Position numbers and translations under genes: made by a program. Shown one piece after another: positions 42,420-52,165 of a stretch of DNA of 64,000 nt (the stretch's first letter is position 1; every line of letters begins with the position of its first letter). The notes beneath the pieces were generated by a model that searched no databases, was not told the origin of the DNA, and saw only the letters and a list, made by a program, of their open reading frames with translations. Source of the DNA: Candidatus Latescibacterota bacterium. Its GTDB lineage: Bacteria; Latescibacterota; UBA2968; UBA8231. The stretch spans positions 192,001 to 256,000 of the forward strand of contig OZ242214.1 in assembly GCA_965206595.1 (NCBI GenBank). The letters are read 5' to 3'.

Positions 42420-43361
42420 TCAGTTGCCGATCGCCCTGGCGATGTGACCGAAGCTGCGGCGCAACCAGGCGACCTTGTCTGCCGGCAGGGGACCTTTCTC
42501 CAGGCTGGCGATGTTGCGCTGAATATGCTCAAGCCGAATGCTCCCGCACATCACCGTGGTGACGCCTTCGGTGAACGCGGCGTAGCGATAGGCGGCCTCG
42601 GGCAGGGACTGTATGTCGCTGTCGGCCAGCAGGTGGTCGAACGGCTGATCCGGTGAATCCTCCGCAATCAGGCCGTCGGCGCGGAGTTCGGCGACGACCT
42701 GCCGCAGTCGAGCGCGGTCCGAAAACACGTTGCGGACGGTGAACACGTTGATCGTGCCGATCCCTTTCTCCATGCAGTAAGGGAATACCCATTTTTCTGC
42801 GGACTGATTTAGCATGTTGTGGCCGACCATCGCGGCGTCAGCCAGTCCTGTCGGCAGAAACGCCCGCAGCCATTCGTGATCGTCGTCTGACCGGGTCACT
42901 TCGCTGGAGCCGATGAATCGAATCTTCCCCTGCTCAAGGAGCTTGTCCAGAGCCGGCAGGTGCTCTCCGAGGGCGACATTGAGAGCCTGAGGATGGCGCG
43001 TGGTCACCAGCAGCAGGTCGATGAACTCGAACTGGAGCCGCTGAAGGCTGGCCTCGACCGAGGCGACGATCTCCCCGGCGGTGAAGGGGGCGCCGTCATC
43101 GTCAGCCAGTGGCACTTTGGTCGATACCACCAGGCGGTCGCGAGGCAGGTGGCGGAGGGCTCGCCCGAGGATGAGCTCGCTGTCCCCGTAACCAGGGGAC
43201 GTGTCGAAGTAGTGGATCCCCAAATCGAAGACTTTGTGCAGGAGCCTATATATCTCCGCTTCGGGCACGCCGGCATTTTGCCCCAGTTGATTGTGTCCGC
43301 CCGAGCCCATCCCCATGACCGGCACCTCGAGATCCGTGCTTCCGAGAGTACGATAGATCAA
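42420..43361 (-). CDS. Aldo/keto reductase
   Basis: YRTLGSTDLEV, FDTSPGYGDSE, VSTKV, SLQRL, GKIRFIG. Confidence 0.9.
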   Translation of the reverse strand: MIYRTLGSTDLEVPVMGMGSGGHNQLGQNAGVPEAEIYRLLHKVFDLGIHYFDTSPGYGDSELILGRALRHLPRDRLVVSTKVPLADDDGAPFTAGEIVASVEASLQRLQFEFIDLLLVTTRHPQALNVALGEHLPALDKLLEQGKIRFIGSSEVTRSDDDHEWLRAFLPTGLADAAMVGHNMLNQSAEKWVFPYCMEKGIGTINVFTVRNVFSDRARLRQVVAELRADGLIAEDSPDQPFDHLLADSDIQSLPEAAYRYAAFTEGVTTVMCGSIRLEHIQRNIASLEKGPLPADKVAWLRRSFGHIARAIGN

Positions 43362-43441
43362 ATGAGCCGTCCTTGTCTTTTTCGGGATTTGGGCAACAAC
43401 CTACATTAGCCCCTCTCTGTAATTCAGGAAACCGGAAGCGC

Positions 43442-44459
43442 ATGGCAGGATCGCCAATCCCTTCGAACTTCGCTCACCGGATGGAACGCACCGAACCGCC
43501 TCTCGAGGCGAATCTGAAGGAGCAGTTCGTCGCATTGTGGGAGGGTGTTTTCGAGACTTCGTACGACTTCCTCGAAAGGGTCCTGAAGGGCGGTGAAACG
43601 GGGTTTAATCGCGATCTGTTCTACTGCATTTCACGAGACGGCCGAACCGCGGCTACCTCGCACGTGACGGTGCCGCGCGGTGACCCCACACTCGGAGGTC
43701 TCGGAGAGGTAGCGACCGCAGTAGGCCACCGTCACCAGGGTATGGCCGCAGCGACCTGCGCGCGCGCTTCAGGATTTCAGGCAGAGTGGAGGGGAAGCGC
43801 TATTTCTCGGCACCGGCAATCCGGATGCGGCGCGAGTGTATCACCGCCTCGGCTGGCGCAAGTTGTGCGGTTCGAATGCCATGGTCGCCCTGAGCAGGCA
43901 GCAATCGCCCGAGGCGTTTCTTGTCGACTACTTCCGAGGCGGGAAGCCCGGGGAGAACCGGCCGGCATCGCCGGCCACTCGAGTGCCGATGATCCCGCTG
44001 ATCCACACGCCCCATGACTGGAAGGTCCTCGACGCCAATGCTTCGCTCCGTTCGAACCGCTACGAGATGCAGCCCTCGGTCATGGGACTATACCCCAAGT
44101 ACGAATCCTTGCTAAACACGGAAGGAACCTGGTTCGAGCTGCGGTGCGACCGCGGCCGCATCGTTGGACTTGCCACCGCCCGGCTCGCGGAGCCGGCTGT
44201 CTGCAGGGTGGATGGCTTCGCCCACGCACTCTACCAGGAAGGATGGCCAGACCTCATCGACGTCGCCTGCCGCTGGGGAAGCGAACGGGGAGCCAAGGCG
44301 AGTGAAGCCGCGGTCTGCGCCGAAGACGAGGAAAAACTGGAGGCGTTTCGACAGCTCGGCTTTGCCATCGACCGCGCCGGTCAGGAGATGGCGGTCGGCA
44401 GCCAGGTCATCCCTTCACATGTGTTGCGCAAGGAGAACAGAAACGGAGTGACAGGCTGA
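43442..44459 (+). pseudogene. Tandem GNAT-fold acetyltransferase split by a frameshift at a (GC)5 tract
   Basis: GGLGEVAT...HRHQGMA in one frame continues as LQDFRQSGGEALFLGTGNPDAARVYHRLGW in another; junction at 43758-43767. Confidence 0.75.
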
Positions 44460-44461
44460 GG

Positions 44462-45673
44462 ATGCAGATATCCGACGTAAAGCTGTTCATCGTCAACAAG
44501 GGCGGCAGAGTGGAGTTCGGCCTGGGGAACACGGCTAACTACGTGATCCTGACGATCCAAACCGACCGCGGGATAAAGGGGGTCGGCGAAGCTTTCCACA
44601 GCCTCGACGAGCCGATAGAAGGGTGCGTGAGCAAGTACAAGCGCTGGCTGGTCGGGGAAGACCCGACCAAGGTCCTGCACCACTGGCAGGCGATCTATCG
44701 CGGCTTGCGATATCCCCTCGGCACCGCCGAGCTCGCCGCCTTGAGCGCGGTGGAGCAGGCGCTCTGGGACATCGCCGGCAAGGACTGTGGATTGCCGATT
44801 TACAAGATGCTCGGGGGGCCGAGCCGCGATCGTGTTCGCGGGTACGCCAGCGGCGGCTGCTGGCCCTCGGGGAACTACGGCACCTTCCTGGAACAGGTGC
44901 AGGCCGTCGTCGAGGCTGGATGGCCGGCGCTCAAGTTCAGCCCCCAGGTAGAGGAGTACGCCTACGATCCCCCAAGGCCGACTTGGCAGCGCCGACAGCA
45001 GCGGTCCTCGCACGGCGAGCTCGCCGCCATGGTGGACCGGGTGCGCAGGGTGCGGGAAACAGTCGGCGACGACGTCGAGATCTGCCTCGACTACCACGGC
45101 CGCAGCTTCTCTCCTGCCGAGGCCATACGCCTGGCCAGGGAGATCGAGCAGTACCACCCGTTTTTTCTGGAAGAGCCGGCCCTGACCGAGAACCCGGATT
45201 CCCTGGTGCAGATCAAGGGGCAGACCGCCATCCCCATCGCCGGTGGCGAACGCGTTGTGCACCGCGACCTGTTCAAGTCGGTGATCGAGAAACGGGCCGT
45301 CGACATTCTGCAGCTCGAGCCGACGGCGTGCGGGGGCATCCTCGAGACCGTGAAACGTGCGGCGGTGGCCGAGCTCTACCACGTCGTGCTGGCACCTCAC
45401 CACGCCGGCAGCCCGGTTGCCTTGTGCGCCTGCGCCCATATCGACATGTCGGTGCCGAACTTCCTGATCCAGGAAGTCAACACCGACGTCGGCTCGCCCC
45501 TGAACCGGGACCTGTTCTCCGGCATGCCGAGAGTGACCGGCGGATGGATCGAAATGACCGGAGCGCCCGGTATCGGGTTGGAGTTCAACGAGGAAGCCGC
45601 GGGGGATCACCCGTCGAGGACCTGGGACCGGCCGGTTGTCATCGAAGCGGACGGCTCCATCGGACTCGAGTAG
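44462..45673 (+). CDS. Enolase-superfamily acid-sugar dehydratase (galactonate dehydratase-like)
   Basis: TDRGIKGVGE, ALWDIAGK, CLDYHGR, FLEEP, IAGGER, LAPHH, PNFLIQE. Confidence 0.88.
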   Translation: MQISDVKLFIVNKGGRVEFGLGNTANYVILTIQTDRGIKGVGEAFHSLDEPIEGCVSKYKRWLVGEDPTKVLHHWQAIYRGLRYPLGTAELAALSAVEQALWDIAGKDCGLPIYKMLGGPSRDRVRGYASGGCWPSGNYGTFLEQVQAVVEAGWPALKFSPQVEEYAYDPPRPTWQRRQQRSSHGELAAMVDRVRRVRETVGDDVEICLDYHGRSFSPAEAIRLAREIEQYHPFFLEEPALTENPDSLVQIKGQTAIPIAGGERVVHRDLFKSVIEKRAVDILQLEPTACGGILETVKRAAVAELYHVVLAPHHAGSPVALCACAHIDMSVPNFLIQEVNTDVGSPLNRDLFSGMPRVTGGWIEMTGAPGIGLEFNEEAAGDHPSRTWDRPVVIEADGSIGLE

Positions 45674-45855
45674 ATCCAGCTTCGCATCGGTAGGAACGAG
45701 GGGGGGGTAGAGCATGGCCACTCCCTCCCCGTTGCCACCGTCCGCGTATCTCCCCGGAGGTCCTACCCGGCGGCTTGCGAGCGGGTCTTCCCGTGCCTCA
45801 ATTCAGACAACCCATTTCCGGGGCAGTACATTTTTCCATGTAACGGGAGATCAGA

Positions 45856-46980
45856 ATGAATCCGGCACAACTCTACCGCGACCTCGGCGCCACCCCGGTT
45901 ATCAATGCCGCAGGTTACCAGACCGTTCTCGGCGGATCGCGCCTTTCCCCCGCAGTGCAGGAGGCGATGGCCACCGCCAATCGCCATTACGTCGAGATGG
46001 AGAGGTTGCTGCTGAGCACGGGGGAGGAGATTGCCGATCTGCTCGGTTGCGAGGCGGCGATGGTGACCCCCGGCTGCGGGGCGGCGCTCGCCCTGTCTTC
46101 GGCCGCCTGCATGTCCGTTGGGGATCCCGGGAGGATGGAGCAGCTGCCCGACACGACCGGCATTGCGAACGAGTTTCTGCTGCAGGCGCGGCAACATTAC
46201 CACTACCAGCGCTGCCTGACGATTTTCGGCGGGGTGCTCGTCGACGCGGGGGACGACGCCGGAACCTCGGCGGCCCAACTGCAAGCCGCGATCGGCGCAA
46301 AAACCGCGGCGATCCATTTCTTCGCATCGGGTGACGAGGGCGACTCCATTCTCGACCTCGAAGGGATCTTCTCCGTTGCCGTACCGAGGAGCCTGCCGGT
46401 CACTGTCGACGCGGCGTACCGGGTGTACCCGCTCGAGACCATGCGGAATCTCGCCTCCTGCGGCGGCCTCGTCGGTTTCGGCGCCAAGTACATAGGGGCG
46501 CCCAATTCCACCGGCATCCTGTGCGGGCCTCGCGAGCTGCTCGAAGCGGCCTACCTGCACAGCTTCATCGGCTTCGAGACCAGCGATTACGAAACCCTGG
46601 GCCGTCCCTTGAAGCTCGATCGCCAGGAAATCGTCGCGGTGATCGTTGCGCTCAGGGAGTGGCTGGCGATGGATCACGGGGCCCGCATCGCCGAGCATTG
46701 GCTCAAGGCGGACCGCATCGTCGACGCTCTCGACGGCGTGCCCCATGTCGAGGCGGCGCGCCACGTGGAGGAGAACAGCCTCAGCAACGGCGTCATGGTT
46801 ACCATCGACCAGCAGGCCCTGGGGAGGACCTCCGGCGAAATCGTCGCGGCACTGAAGGAAGAGGATCCGAGCATCTGGACGCGCCAGTACGGCTCGCGCA
46901 TCCGCGTGGCCGTGGCGCATCTGATCGAAGGCGAGGTCGACACTGTTATCGCGCGGCTGAGACACCATCTGGATGGGTGA
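45856..46980 (+). CDS. SelA-like PLP-dependent enzyme (DgaE-type ammonia-lyase-like)
   Basis: LGATPVINAAGYQTVLGGS, VDAA, FGAKYIGAPNSTGILCG, GRPLKLDRQEI. Confidence 0.8.
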   Translation: MNPAQLYRDLGATPVINAAGYQTVLGGSRLSPAVQEAMATANRHYVEMERLLLSTGEEIADLLGCEAAMVTPGCGAALALSSAACMSVGDPGRMEQLPDTTGIANEFLLQARQHYHYQRCLTIFGGVLVDAGDDAGTSAAQLQAAIGAKTAAIHFFASGDEGDSILDLEGIFSVAVPRSLPVTVDAAYRVYPLETMRNLASCGGLVGFGAKYIGAPNSTGILCGPRELLEAAYLHSFIGFETSDYETLGRPLKLDRQEIVAVIVALREWLAMDHGARIAEHWLKADRIVDALDGVPHVEAARHVEENSLSNGVMVTIDQQALGRTSGEIVAALKEEDPSIWTRQYGSRIRVAVAHLIEGEVDTVIARLRHHLDG

Positions 46981-47418
46981 GGGGACGCCCAGGTTCTCGT
47001 CACCATCCGTAAGGAGATCGGTTGCGGCGCCCGCTGCTCTGCTGCTTCTGAAACAACCGTCCGGCCTTGGCGTTGAGGTTCTTATGCAGCGCGCGGCCGC
47101 CGTATAAGACGTCCTTCCCGCCAAGACCGGGTGGAATTGCGCACGTTGACGTTGGGCTTTCCGACGGTGTCCGCAGGCGCACTGGCCCGGAGCTATCACC
47201 GTAACAGCCGTACCTTGTCGGTCTGGAAATCCCGCTGCATGCCGTTTTACCGGCATGCGGAGCGAAGCTTGGATGCCCAGTGATACAGGGCGAAGTCCCC
47301 TTCCGTCTATGATGATTCCCAACCGTCAAGTCGCTTCCCTCCCTATGGCAAACTGGGCGATTCGGGCATCGCGGGCGGAGATTTGACGGGAGGCCCGGAT
47401 GCGCCATTTTTCGGCGCC

Positions 47419-48498
47419 ATGAAGCTCCTGTTCGACGGCCATCTCGATCTCGCCCTCTATGCCCTGGCCTGGAACCGGGACGTCACCGAAACCACCTCCC
47501 GGATCAACCGCCGCGAGGCCCACATGTCGGGGTTCGGCCGCGGCCTCGCCAACGCCAGCCTGCCGGAAATGCGCCGCGGTGGCGTGGCAGCATGCCTTTC
47601 GACCGTCGCTGCCCGCGCCAACAGGGAGGTGCAGCCGCCGGAAGGCCACAAGCGCACCGACCTCGATTTCGGCACCCCGTCCATTGCCTACGCCTGGGCC
47701 CAGGGGCAGCTCGCCTACTACCGCCTCCTGCAGCGACAGGGAGAGATATCCCTGATCGGAACTTCGGCGGAGTTGCGGTCCCACTGGCAGAGCTGGAGCC
47801 GGGCCCAAACCCGCGATGAGCTGCCGGTCGGCATCATCGTATCGATGGAATGCGCCGATCCGATCATCGAGCCTGCGCAGGCGGCGGATTGGTACGCCGA
47901 CGGGGTGCGCTCGGTGAGCCTTGCTCACTTCGGCCCGAGTCGCTACGCCCAGGGCACAGGGGCCGACGGTCCGTTGACCCGCAAAGGGTTCGAGCTGCTG
48001 CGCGAGTTCGAAAGCGTCGGCATGGTCCTCGATCTCACGCACACCGCCGACCAGGCCTTCTACCAGGCCCTGGATTCCTTCCGCGGTCCGGTGATCGCCA
48101 GTCACACCAACTGCCGCGCCCTGGTTCCCGGAGACCGTCAGTTTTCCGACGAGCAGCTCAAGCTGCTGATCGAACGGGAAGCCGTCGTCGGATCGGCTTT
48201 CGACGCCTGGATGCTGGTGCCGGGCTGGGTGGTCTACGAGTCGCAGCCCGGGGATCTGCCGATGGAGAGGGTGGTGGACCATATCGACCGCGTCTGCCAG
48301 CTGGCGGGCAACGCCCGGCACGCCGCCATCGGCACGGACACCGGCACCAACGACCACATGCCCGTGGATTACCGGACCAGTGCCGACCTGCGCAACATCG
48401 AGGAGATTCTCGAGCGCCGCGGCTACTCGGATGGCGATATCGATCGCATTCTGTACCTGAACTGGCTGGAGTTCTTTCTCCGCCACCTGCCGTCGTAG
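47419..48498 (+). CDS. Membrane dipeptidase (peptidase M19 family)
   Basis: FDGHLDLA, SMECAD, LDLTH, ASHTNCRALVP, RQFSDEQ, VVDHID, IGTD. Confidence 0.88.
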   Translation: MKLLFDGHLDLALYALAWNRDVTETTSRINRREAHMSGFGRGLANASLPEMRRGGVAACLSTVAARANREVQPPEGHKRTDLDFGTPSIAYAWAQGQLAYYRLLQRQGEISLIGTSAELRSHWQSWSRAQTRDELPVGIIVSMECADPIIEPAQAADWYADGVRSVSLAHFGPSRYAQGTGADGPLTRKGFELLREFESVGMVLDLTHTADQAFYQALDSFRGPVIASHTNCRALVPGDRQFSDEQLKLLIEREAVVGSAFDAWMLVPGWVVYESQPGDLPMERVVDHIDRVCQLAGNARHAAIGTDTGTNDHMPVDYRTSADLRNIEEILERRGYSDGDIDRILYLNWLEFFLRHLPS

Positions 48499-48504
48499 GA
48501 CCCT

Positions 48505-49350
48505 ATCAGCTCCACCCTGCTGCTGATTCTCTCCGTCGTAACCTCCTTCCTGTTCGGCCAGCTGTTCAAGTGGTCGCAGCGCCGCGGTTGCTTCGGACCG
48601 CTGGTGGTGACCGCAAACTACCTGGTCGCCGCCGCGGTCCTGGCGGCATACCTGCAGTGGCGGGGGGGCATCGAGCTGGGCCCCTCCGTTGCCCTCGTCG
48701 GGGGGGTAACCGGGTTTTCCTTCATGGTCTCGATGTTCCTGATGACCTGGGCGCTCGAGGTTTCGGACGCCGCTATCATCCTCACCGCCTTCCGCCTGTC
48801 GATCGTCGTGCCGATCGCAGTTTCCGTGCTGCTGTGGAGCGAGGAGATATCGGGGTTGCAGCTCGCCGGTGTCGTCCTGGCGCTGCTCTCGCTGGTGCTG
48901 ATGAGCGCGGGCACCAGGAGCCTCGGTATGCGGGGGCTGGTGCCGCAAGCCGCCCTCGCGGTAAGCGTCTGCCTGCTCCAGGGGGTGAGCCACACCTGCG
49001 TGCGCTGGGTGCATCACGCCGGCCTCGACGGCCATCAGCTCGAGGTGCTGCTGGTCATCACCGGCAGCGCCGGCCTCCTCGGGGCCGCGGCATTGGGGTT
49101 GGCGGGCAGACCTCCGACTTGGGATACGGTGCGCGTGGGGGCCGGAATCGGCGTTTTCAACGCCTTGGCGCTGGCGATCTTCCTCGCCACCCTGGCGCGC
49201 TTCTCCAGCGCCCAGTTCTTCCCGGTCACCGGCTGCGCCATCGTGATCATGGACGTCCTGGTTGCCCGCGTCGTCTGGCGGGAACGGGTTTCCCTGCTGA
49301 GCGCCGTCGGCGCCGCGGCCGGCGCCGGGTCGATGCTGCTGGTGTTCTGA
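48505..49350 (+). CDS. DMT/EamA-like inner-membrane transporter (start codon unclear)
   Basis: About 10 hydrophobic helices; the frame is open from the dipeptidase stop, and its first helix precedes any ATG/GTG. Confidence 0.7.
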   Translation: MSSTLLLILSVVTSFLFGQLFKWSQRRGCFGPLVVTANYLVAAAVLAAYLQWRGGIELGPSVALVGGVTGFSFMVSMFLMTWALEVSDAAIILTAFRLSIVVPIAVSVLLWSEEISGLQLAGVVLALLSLVLMSAGTRSLGMRGLVPQAALAVSVCLLQGVSHTCVRWVHHAGLDGHQLEVLLVITGSAGLLGAAALGLAGRPPTWDTVRVGAGIGVFNALALAIFLATLARFSSAQFFPVTGCAIVIMDVLVARVVWRERVSLLSAVGAAAGAGSMLLVF

Positions 49351-49351
49351 A

Positions 49352-50206
49352 TCAGACGTGGCCGGGCGCGCCCTCGTTCAGGAGCGCTTCGATGTCCTCA
49401 CCCGGGTGGCTCGGAGGACCGACGATGGCGCGCTGAAGGGCCGCCAGCTCGATTTCTTCCCACTGGGGGTTGTAGCTGTGAAGGTGGGACGAAGGCGAGT
49501 AGAGGTAGCGCAGCAGCCGCCGCTCGTGGTCCGCGTTCCAGGGCAGGGTCCCGTGGGTGAGGGCCTCGGTGAAGATCACCGCGTCGCCGGCCCGCATCGG
49601 GATATGCCGGATGCATCCGAGGTCGATTTCGAGGCGGCGCACCTCCAGGGGGCAGAGGTAGTTGGCCTTGTGGCTGCCGGGGATGCAGGCGAATCCCCCG
49701 TCCTCGGGGCCGACGTCACTGAGGGAGTAGCTCACCGACATCAGGCCGTTGTTCATGCGCCCGTTCTCGAAGCGGTGGTAGAAAACGTCGCGCATGTGGT
49801 CGTGTTCGGGGGTGCCCCCGCCGTGGAAGATGAACCCCTCGCTGCCCCGGGTCATGTTGATCCCCGCGGTGCCGGCGAGGCGGAAGCGCGGACCGATGAC
49901 CGCCACCATCGCCCGCAGGATCCCGGGCAGGGTGACGACTTCCCGGAACACCCGGCACCAGGGCTCATCCCAGAACAGGAAGCTGCCGAAGTCGCCGCGG
50001 CCGTGGTCCCCCTTCAGGCCTTCGGCTGCCCCCCCGCCCTGCTCCTCGAGGCTGCCGTCGAGGGCCTGCTCGCGGGAGCGGATGTGGATCTGGTCGCGGT
50101 GGTGGTCGATCGCCTCGTTCATGGCATCAACCTGTGCCGGGGTCAGGGCGCCGGGGACGAGGATGTAGCCGTTGAGGTCGAACAGGTATTTCTCGTATTC
50201 GGTCAT
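49352..50206 (-). CDS. PhyH-fold Fe(II)/2OG enzyme, HxG variant
   Basis: EKYLFDLNGY, FHGGG, GGFACIPGSHKAN, AGDAVIFTEALTHGT...RR. Confidence 0.85.
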   Translation of the reverse strand: MTEYEKYLFDLNGYILVPGALTPAQVDAMNEAIDHHRDQIHIRSREQALDGSLEEQGGGAAEGLKGDHGRGDFGSFLFWDEPWCRVFREVVTLPGILRAMVAVIGPRFRLAGTAGINMTRGSEGFIFHGGGTPEHDHMRDVFYHRFENGRMNNGLMSVSYSLSDVGPEDGGFACIPGSHKANYLCPLEVRRLEIDLGCIRHIPMRAGDAVIFTEALTHGTLPWNADHERRLLRYLYSPSSHLHSYNPQWEEIELAALQRAIVGPPSHPGEDIEALLNEGAPGHV

Positions 50207-50215
50207 GGCAGCAGG

Positions 50216-52153
50216 TCAGAACGGCGCGTTGGAATAGGCAGGGGTCGCCACGTAGCGCTCGGTGGCCAGGTCGAGGGTGATCTCCATCCCGGGGGGCAGG
50301 GTGACGGCGCAGTGCGTCGAGTTCACCTCGGTGCTGCGTTCCACCAGTTCCGTCGGCGCCGGCGCCGAAGTGCCCGCGTACCCGCCCAGCTGTCCCGGCC
50401 AGACGCTGGTGCGGCCGCGGCTCTTCACGGTGCCGAAGCGGTGCTCGCCGAAGGCGCCGGCCTGCAGTATCAACTCACGCGTTTCGGTGCCGCCGAGGTT
50501 CACCAGGCGCACCACCGTGCGCTCGGCTTCGAGCTTCTCCACCAGTGCCGCGACCCCGGGAGGCAACCCAGGGCGCCGCTGCTGCGCGTCGAAGTAGCGC
50601 AGGCGCGCGTGCAGCAGACCGCCGTTGTATACCTGCTGCGGCGCCCCGAGGGTTAGCTGCACCAGCGCCTCCGAGGTGACCGGGTTCGCCCACTGCCAGT
50701 GGTGGACGTGGTGCCGCGTGCCGACCGATTCGTCTTCCCGCACCAGCGCCAGCCGCCGGCGCACGATCTGCTCGGTGGCGTGCAGGATGCGCTCGGGATA
50801 GTCCGGGTTGGCGCCGGCCAGGAACCGCACCCAAGGGGCTTCGTGGCCGGCGTCGGTCTTGCCGTGGAAGGCGCTGACTCCGTTCCAGTCGCCGCCGCTT
50901 TTTGCGCGCACCTCTTCGACGCGGCTCCAGTCCTCCTCTGCCATCGACAGGTTCCACAGGGCGATCGGCCAGACCGGGGATGGCGGCGACCAGTCGAACC
51001 AGCCAGCGTCGCCGTAGCGCAGGGGCACCATGAAGGTTTCGCCGCCGCCGGAGGAGGTGCCGCTGCCCGACTGCCCCGGTCCGAGGGTGTCGCGGGCGTC
51101 CTCCCGGCGCAGCTCTCCGAGCTCGAGAATGCGGTCGATCTGGCTGCGCGGCAGGTCGAGGTAGCTCGAGTCGCGGGTCAGCAGGAAGGCGTTGGCGCCG
51201 GCGTCGAAGACGGCGGCGATCAGGGTTGCGAAGCCGTGCGGCCAGGTCCAGCCGTAGAGACCGCCGTACCAGTTGCCGTTGCAGTACTCCCCCACTATTC
51301 CCGACAGGCCGACGTTGTCGGGGATCAGGCCGCCGTTCTCTTCCGCCCTGCGCATCCAGGCCCCGGTGTACTCGACCACCCAGTCCCGGTACTTCTCCTC
51401 GCCGCTGACCAGGAAGGCGTTGGTCACCAGGGTCGTGATCGACAGGTTCGAGGCGACGTCGCCGCGGCTGTGGCGGTCGTACATCGCCTGCCCCATGGCC
51501 CTGGCTTTCTGCGGGTCGCCGAGGTCCTTCACCGTCGCTATTCCGGGCAGGTCGAAGAAGGGGAGGCTGTAGCGCTCCATGGTGCTGCCGACAGGGGAGT
51601 AAGCACGTTTCTCGCGCGAGTCCGGCGGGGCGGTCCAGGCGCCGCGGCTGCCGTTCAGGGGGGACATGACGATGCGGTGCGCCGGATCGTAGTTGACCGC
51701 CTCGGGGTCCTCGTTGAGGTAGAAGCCGGCGAAGCGGCGGGCGCGCTCCCTCCATTTTTCCGCCCGCGGATTGGCGAGGCAGAGGTTGTAGAAGAAGATG
51801 TCGCTTTCCGACTGGTGGAAGTTGTCCTCCTTGATCCCGTACTCGTTGTGCACGGCGCCGAGACGGGTTAGCTGCCGGGTGATCGCCTCCCACTGCCGAT
51901 CGGCCAGGGAGAGCATGTGCCCGGCCCCCCCCATCATGTAGATCACCGGCCAGCTGAAGAACGGCTCGTAGTAGTCGTCGCAGCTGCCCCCGCCCCATTC
52001 GTCCCGCCAGACGAACTCGCCGTCCTCCCGGGTGAAGTGGTCGAGAAAGGGGCGGACGGAGTCGTTGAGGAGGTCGATCAGGTGGCGTTCCCACACCGCC
52101 CAGGAGGGCAGCTCGGAAACCGGGACGTCGGCGGTGATGCGGGTGTCGGCCAT
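50216..52153 (-). CDS. Hypothetical protein of 645 aa, possibly an (alpha/alpha) barrel
   Basis: Long GC3-rich ORF in an operon with the PhyH genes; Trp/Tyr-rich; GLIPDNVG, WYGGLYGWTWPHG, HHVHHW. Confidence 0.75.
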   Translation of the reverse strand: MADTRITADVPVSELPSWAVWERHLIDLLNDSVRPFLDHFTREDGEFVWRDEWGGGSCDDYYEPFFSWPVIYMMGGAGHMLSLADRQWEAITRQLTRLGAVHNEYGIKEDNFHQSESDIFFYNLCLANPRAEKWRERARRFAGFYLNEDPEAVNYDPAHRIVMSPLNGSRGAWTAPPDSREKRAYSPVGSTMERYSLPFFDLPGIATVKDLGDPQKARAMGQAMYDRHSRGDVASNLSITTLVTNAFLVSGEEKYRDWVVEYTGAWMRRAEENGGLIPDNVGLSGIVGEYCNGNWYGGLYGWTWPHGFATLIAAVFDAGANAFLLTRDSSYLDLPRSQIDRILELGELRREDARDTLGPGQSGSGTSSGGGETFMVPLRYGDAGWFDWSPPSPVWPIALWNLSMAEEDWSRVEEVRAKSGGDWNGVSAFHGKTDAGHEAPWVRFLAGANPDYPERILHATEQIVRRRLALVREDESVGTRHHVHHWQWANPVTSEALVQLTLGAPQQVYNGGLLHARLRYFDAQQRRPGLPPGVAALVEKLEAERTVVRLVNLGGTETRELILQAGAFGEHRFGTVKSRGRTSVWPGQLGGYAGTSAPAPTELVERSTEVNSTHCAVTLPPGMEITLDLATERYVATPAYSNAPF

Positions 52154-52165
52154 GGGCTCTTTCGG

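Noticed and set aside
45856-46980. selA (selenocysteine synthase)
   Set aside because: Only 374 aa, lacks the N-terminal tRNA-binding region, and no selB, selD or tRNA-Sec is nearby; treated as SelA-like.
46981-47418. Possible gene remnant or ncRNA between the SelA-like and dipeptidase genes
   Set aside because: Has a hairpin (GCATGCCG...CGGCATGC) but no recognisable protein or RNA family.
16104-48498. Genome-wide TAG recoding suggested by several in-frame TAGs
   Set aside because: Many intact genes end in TAG (e.g. 15538, 27237, 36894, 59760), and the IS genes with internal TAG also carry frameshifts.
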